This document shows, one piece after another, positions 54,479 to 57,999 of a DNA stretch of 57,999 nt. Location of the stretch: the NCBI GenBank assembly GCA_964483625.1, contig CAZABB010000009.1, positions 1 to 57,999 on the forward strand, given 5' to 3'. Positions within the stretch are counted from its first letter, which is position 1. Each line of letters starts with the position of its first letter. A model generated the notes under the pieces. That model did no database searches. It saw nothing but the letters and a program-made list of their open reading frames with translations, and was not told where the DNA came from. Source of the stretch: an uncultured Planctomycetia bacterium. GTDB taxonomy: Bacteria > Omnitrophota > Gorgyraeia > Duberdicusellales > 4484-171. A program made the position numbers and the translations under genes.

Positions 54479-56922
54479 TCAAAAATCAATTCGTCGTTTT
54501 TACGCTTGGCAACCACCTTTACCTGTCCCCCCTTTTTCAGTTCTCCGGAAAACCGCCCGCGAATAATATCTTCGGCCAGAGGGTCTTCCAGAAACCGCTG
54601 CATGACTCTTTTGAGCGGCCGGGCGCCAAAAACAGGGTCAAACCCCTTCTCGATAAAGAAATCCTTGGCCTCAGGGGTAAGTTCCACGTAGAACCCCTGA
54701 TCTTTCAGCCGCTGGTTCACGTAATTAATTTCGATATCGACGATGTGCCCCAAAGAATGCTTATCGAGAGGTTTAAACACGATGATTTCATCGAGCCGGT
54801 TTAAGAACTCCGGCTTGAATGTTTTTTTCACCTCTTCCATCAGGTGTTTCTTCATATCGTCATAGCTGATCGAATCCTCCTGGGCCGCGGTAAACCCCAG
54901 GGAACCTTTCCGGCGGATGATGTCGGCCCCGACATTGGAAGTCATGATGATGATGGTGTTACGAAAATCGACTTTCCTTCCGAAGGAATCGGTCAGACGC
55001 CCTTCTTCAAATATCTGCAGAAGCAGGTTGAACACATCCTGGTGAGCTTTCTCTATTTCATCAAGCAGCACCACCGAATAAGGCCGGCGCCGGACCCGTT
55101 CGGTCAGCTGTCCGCCTTCTTCATATCCTACATACCCCGGTGGTGCTCCGACTAAACGGGATACGTTGAATTTTTCCATGTACTCACTCATATCCAGCTG
55201 AATAATCGCGTCTTCATCCCCGAACATGAACTCGGTCAAAGCCCGGGCCAGAAGAGTTTTTCCCACTCCGGTGGGCCCCAGAAAGATAAACGATCCGATG
55301 GGACGACGGGGCTCTTTCACTCCCGCCCGGGCGCGGCGCACACTGCGGGATATCGCCGCGATCGGTTCCTCCTGGCCGATGACATTTTTATTCAACTGTT
55401 CTTCCATCTTCAAAAGTTTATCCGATTCCGCTTCTTCCAGACGGAAAATGGGAATGCCGGTAATCTGAGAAACAAGTTTGGCGATCTCGTCAACCGAGAG
55501 ATTGGGAACGATCTGGTCCCGTTTTTTTCCCCAATCCCGACGCAAGCTTTCCAGTTTCACCCGCAGGCTCTTTTCCTCATCGCGCAGCCGGGCGGCAGCC
55601 TCGAAATCCTGCTGTTTGATCAGGGCCTCTTTCTCCTTAACGATCTCTTTTATCTTATTTTCCAGTTCCTGGATCTCCGGGGGGATAATCAAAACGGCAA
55701 GCCGCGACCGCGCCCCGGCTTCATCGATAAGATCGATCGCTTTATCCGGCAGAAAACGGCCCGAGACATACCGGTCGGACAACGTCGCCGCCGCCTCCAG
55801 GGCCTCGTCGGTGAATTTCACCCGGTGATGAGCCTCATATTTATCCCGAAGCCCTTTCAATATCTCAACGGTTTCGCTTACGGTATTGGGATCGACGAAG
55901 ATCGGCTGAAACCTTCTCTCCAATGCCGCGTCTTTTTCGATATGTTTACGGTATTCATCCAGGGTCGTCGCCCCGACACACTGAATCTCCCCCCGGGAAA
56001 GAGAGGGTTTGAGTATATTTGACGCATCGATCGCACCTTCGGCCGCGCCGGCTCCCACCAGCGTATGGAGTTCATCGATAAAAATGATAACTTCTTTGGA
56101 ACGCTTAATCTCCTCCATGACCGCCTTGATCCGTTCCTCAAACTGGCCGCGGTATTTTGTCCCGGCAATCATCAGCGCCAGATCAAGCCCGATAATCCTC
56201 TTATTACGCAGCACTTCCGGAACGTTTCCGTTGACGATACTCTGAGCCAGCCCTTCGATGATCGCGGTCTTACCTACCCCGGCTTCCCCCAGTAATACCG
56301 GGTTATTCTTGGTCCGGCGGGAAAGGACCTGGATAACCCGTTCGATCTCTACGGCCCGGCCGATAACCGGATCAAGTTTTCCTTCCCTCGCCAAGCGGGT
56401 AAGGTCTCTCCCGAATGAATCAAGAGCCGGTGTCTTGGAACTTGTCTGAGACGCGCCGCCGGGCGAACTGGAAGGAGCAGCATGCGATCCCCCCAACAAA
56501 GAAGCGATCTCATCCCGTACCTTCTCCAGATCAACACTGAGGCTGTACAACACCTGCATCGCCAACCCTTCTCCTTCACGGATAAGGCCTAAAAGAATAT
56601 GTTCGGTCCCGATATAATTGTGGCCGAGCGTCCGGGCTTCCTCTGCGGCAAGTTCCAGCGCTTTTTTCGCCCGCGGCGTAAAGGGAATATCCCCGACTAC
56701 TCCGGTAACGCTACCGGGAGTAACCAGTTTTTCCACCTCGATACGCAACCGGTCCAGGTCTACTCCTAAGTTCTGCAGTACCGCGCAGGCAACTCCTTCC
56801 CCTTCCCGTACCAGACCCAAAAGAATATGTTCGGTCCCGATATAATCATGATTAAAACGGCGGGCTTCCTCTTTAGCTAATACAAGCACTTTGCGTGCCC
56901 GTTCGGTAAATCGATTAAACAT
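54475..56922 (-). CDS. clpC: ATP-dependent Clp protease ATPase subunit ClpC
   Basis: Two Clp-N repeats; GEAGVGKT and GPTGVGKT Walker A motifs; UVR domain; GAPPGYVGY. Confidence 0.97.
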   Translation of the reverse strand: MFNRFTERARKVLVLAKEEARRFNHDYIGTEHILLGLVREGEGVACAVLQNLGVDLDRLRIEVEKLVTPGSVTGVVGDIPFTPRAKKALELAAEEARTLGHNYIGTEHILLGLIREGEGLAMQVLYSLSVDLEKVRDEIASLLGGSHAAPSSSPGGASQTSSKTPALDSFGRDLTRLAREGKLDPVIGRAVEIERVIQVLSRRTKNNPVLLGEAGVGKTAIIEGLAQSIVNGNVPEVLRNKRIIGLDLALMIAGTKYRGQFEERIKAVMEEIKRSKEVIIFIDELHTLVGAGAAEGAIDASNILKPSLSRGEIQCVGATTLDEYRKHIEKDAALERRFQPIFVDPNTVSETVEILKGLRDKYEAHHRVKFTDEALEAAATLSDRYVSGRFLPDKAIDLIDEAGARSRLAVLIIPPEIQELENKIKEIVKEKEALIKQQDFEAAARLRDEEKSLRVKLESLRRDWGKKRDQIVPNLSVDEIAKLVSQITGIPIFRLEEAESDKLLKMEEQLNKNVIGQEEPIAAISRSVRRARAGVKEPRRPIGSFIFLGPTGVGKTLLARALTEFMFGDEDAIIQLDMSEYMEKFNVSRLVGAPPGYVGYEEGGQLTERVRRRPYSVVLLDEIEKAHQDVFNLLLQIFEEGRLTDSFGRKVDFRNTIIIMTSNVGADIIRRKGSLGFTAAQEDSISYDDMKKHLMEEVKKTFKPEFLNRLDEIIVFKPLDKHSLGHIVDIEINYVNQRLKDQGFYVELTPEAKDFFIEKGFDPVFGARPLKRVMQRFLEDPLAEDIIRGRFSGELKKGGQVKVVAKRKNDELIFE

Positions 56923-57970
56923 ATTTTCCTCCTAAATTCTTTCTGATCAGCTGTGCTCTAATATAATCCCGTTCCTGCTCGCGCAGCATCCTTTGCTCTA
57001 TCTTCTGTAAATGCGCGGGTTGAATATTAATAAACAAATTACTGATAGACTCTCTCTTGATTTTTTTAATTATACCTAAATCAACTCCTAAATACAACAT
57101 CGAAAGGTGCGACAACGCTTCTTTGCTTGCCATCAGCCGGGCATGTTTCAATATACCCATAGCCCGCCACACACTATCTTCGATGACGTGTTTTTGTTTC
57201 TTTAACAGGTTCCCCCGGGCAACCCGTTCCTGATCCTTGATCTGATTCACGATTCCCGCCAGATTCTCGATCAATTCGGGTTCGGAAAGCCCCAGGGTCA
57301 CCTGATTGGATATCTGAAAGAAATTACCCAGGGCTTGAGTCCCTTCCCCGAACAGACCGCGGGCCGTGAAGGAAAGTTTCGTCAACAACTCCAGAATCTT
57401 ATTTATTTTTTTGGTAAACACAAGCGCCGGCAGATGCAGCATACACGATGCCCGTAACGCGGTCCCCAGATTGGTGGGACAAGCGGTCAGGTATCCCAAA
57501 TCGGGCATGAAAGCATACGTTACCTTCTTGGACAGCTCATCATCGATACGATTGATCTTCTCCCAGATATGCTCCAGATCAAGACCTGAAGCCAGAACCT
57601 GCAAACGAATATGATCTTCTTCGTTGATCATCATCGACATTTTCTCATCGTCGGAGACAACCAGCCCCTTTCCCTTGGGAGAAAGCGTATGCTCCTGGCT
57701 GATCAGATGCCGTTCGAGAAGAAACTGACGATCGACCGGCGTGATATCTTCCATTTTTACGAACCGGGCCGTTTTCAACTGCCGTACGCCCGAACAGGCT
57801 TTCTTCATCTGCTTCAGTATTTCATTCTTTTGTAGCCCTTTGGCCCGATTGGAAAAAAGAGTATTCTGAAGATTGCGGGCAAGCCTCAGCCGGGAAGAGA
57901 TAACGATGGTAGAATCGGGCCCTTCGCCGTTGAGCCAGCTGTTCGGATTATGTAAAAACGAATCAAACAT
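56915..57970 (-). CDS. mcsB: Protein-arginine kinase
   Basis: [28 protein letters not shown] and FQISNQ motifs; directly upstream of clpC. Confidence 0.95.
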   Translation of the reverse strand: MFDSFLHNPNSWLNGEGPDSTIVISSRLRLARNLQNTLFSNRAKGLQKNEILKQMKKACSGVRQLKTARFVKMEDITPVDRQFLLERHLISQEHTLSPKGKGLVVSDDEKMSMMINEEDHIRLQVLASGLDLEHIWEKINRIDDELSKKVTYAFMPDLGYLTACPTNLGTALRASCMLHLPALVFTKKINKILELLTKLSFTARGLFGEGTQALGNFFQISNQVTLGLSEPELIENLAGIVNQIKDQERVARGNLLKKQKHVIEDSVWRAMGILKHARLMASKEALSHLSMLYLGVDLGIIKKIKRESISNLFINIQPAHLQKIEQRMLREQERDYIRAQLIRKNLGGKYV

Positions 57971-57999
57971 TTTTCCTGCCTTTGGTCCGTATCCGTTTG

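Noticed and set aside
56591-56847. Identical 28-bp direct repeat inside clpC
   Set aside because: It encodes the two standard Clp N-domain repeats ([10 protein letters not shown]).

Overview
A bacterial chromosomal segment dominated by housekeeping genes, most on the minus strand. In order: ribH/ribBA, cimA, lysC, cstA, an ApgM-type mutase, trmI, lipA plus a lipoyl ligase and gcvT/H/PA/PB, cinA/thpR, pgpA/pgsA/rimO/rodZ/ftsK/pnp/rpsO, nadE, comF-lptF-lptG, alr/tsaB/tsaE/thiL, mtnA/tatD/metG/ricT/holB/tmk/cysS/ispF/ispD/yacL/radA, mlaDFE, clpC and mcsB. Lpt, Mla and PEP-CTERM point to a diderm; an Omnitrophota-like PVC lineage is my inference and is not proven. A small accessory patch at 10.9-14.9 kb holds a sigma54-driven PEP-CTERM gene, a B12 radical SAM gene and a REP-flanked RAYT (Y1 HUH) transposase. 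The most unusual signal is non-coding. About 20 intergenic spaces are filled with palindromic elements whose arms are tandem, degenerate 7-9 bp units from at least eight sequence families. Several are nested inside one another, and several carry C-GNA-G mini-hairpins. One family (GTCACAC/GTGTGAC) occurs both empty and wrapped around two different AT-rich predicted ribonuclease genes, a HEPN-motif gene at 3249-3863 and a NYN/PIN gene at 39122-39757. Those two cassettes share a left end that is 40/41 bp identical, plus a second 20/22 bp block, in the same orientation relative to their cargo. This suggests a repeat-bounded cassette system that captures toxin or defence genes. The NYN gene also has a promoter, a twin UACG-loop hairpin RNA and a terminator ahead of it, resembling a type III toxin-antitoxin leader. 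No rRNA, tRNA or CRISPR array was seen.
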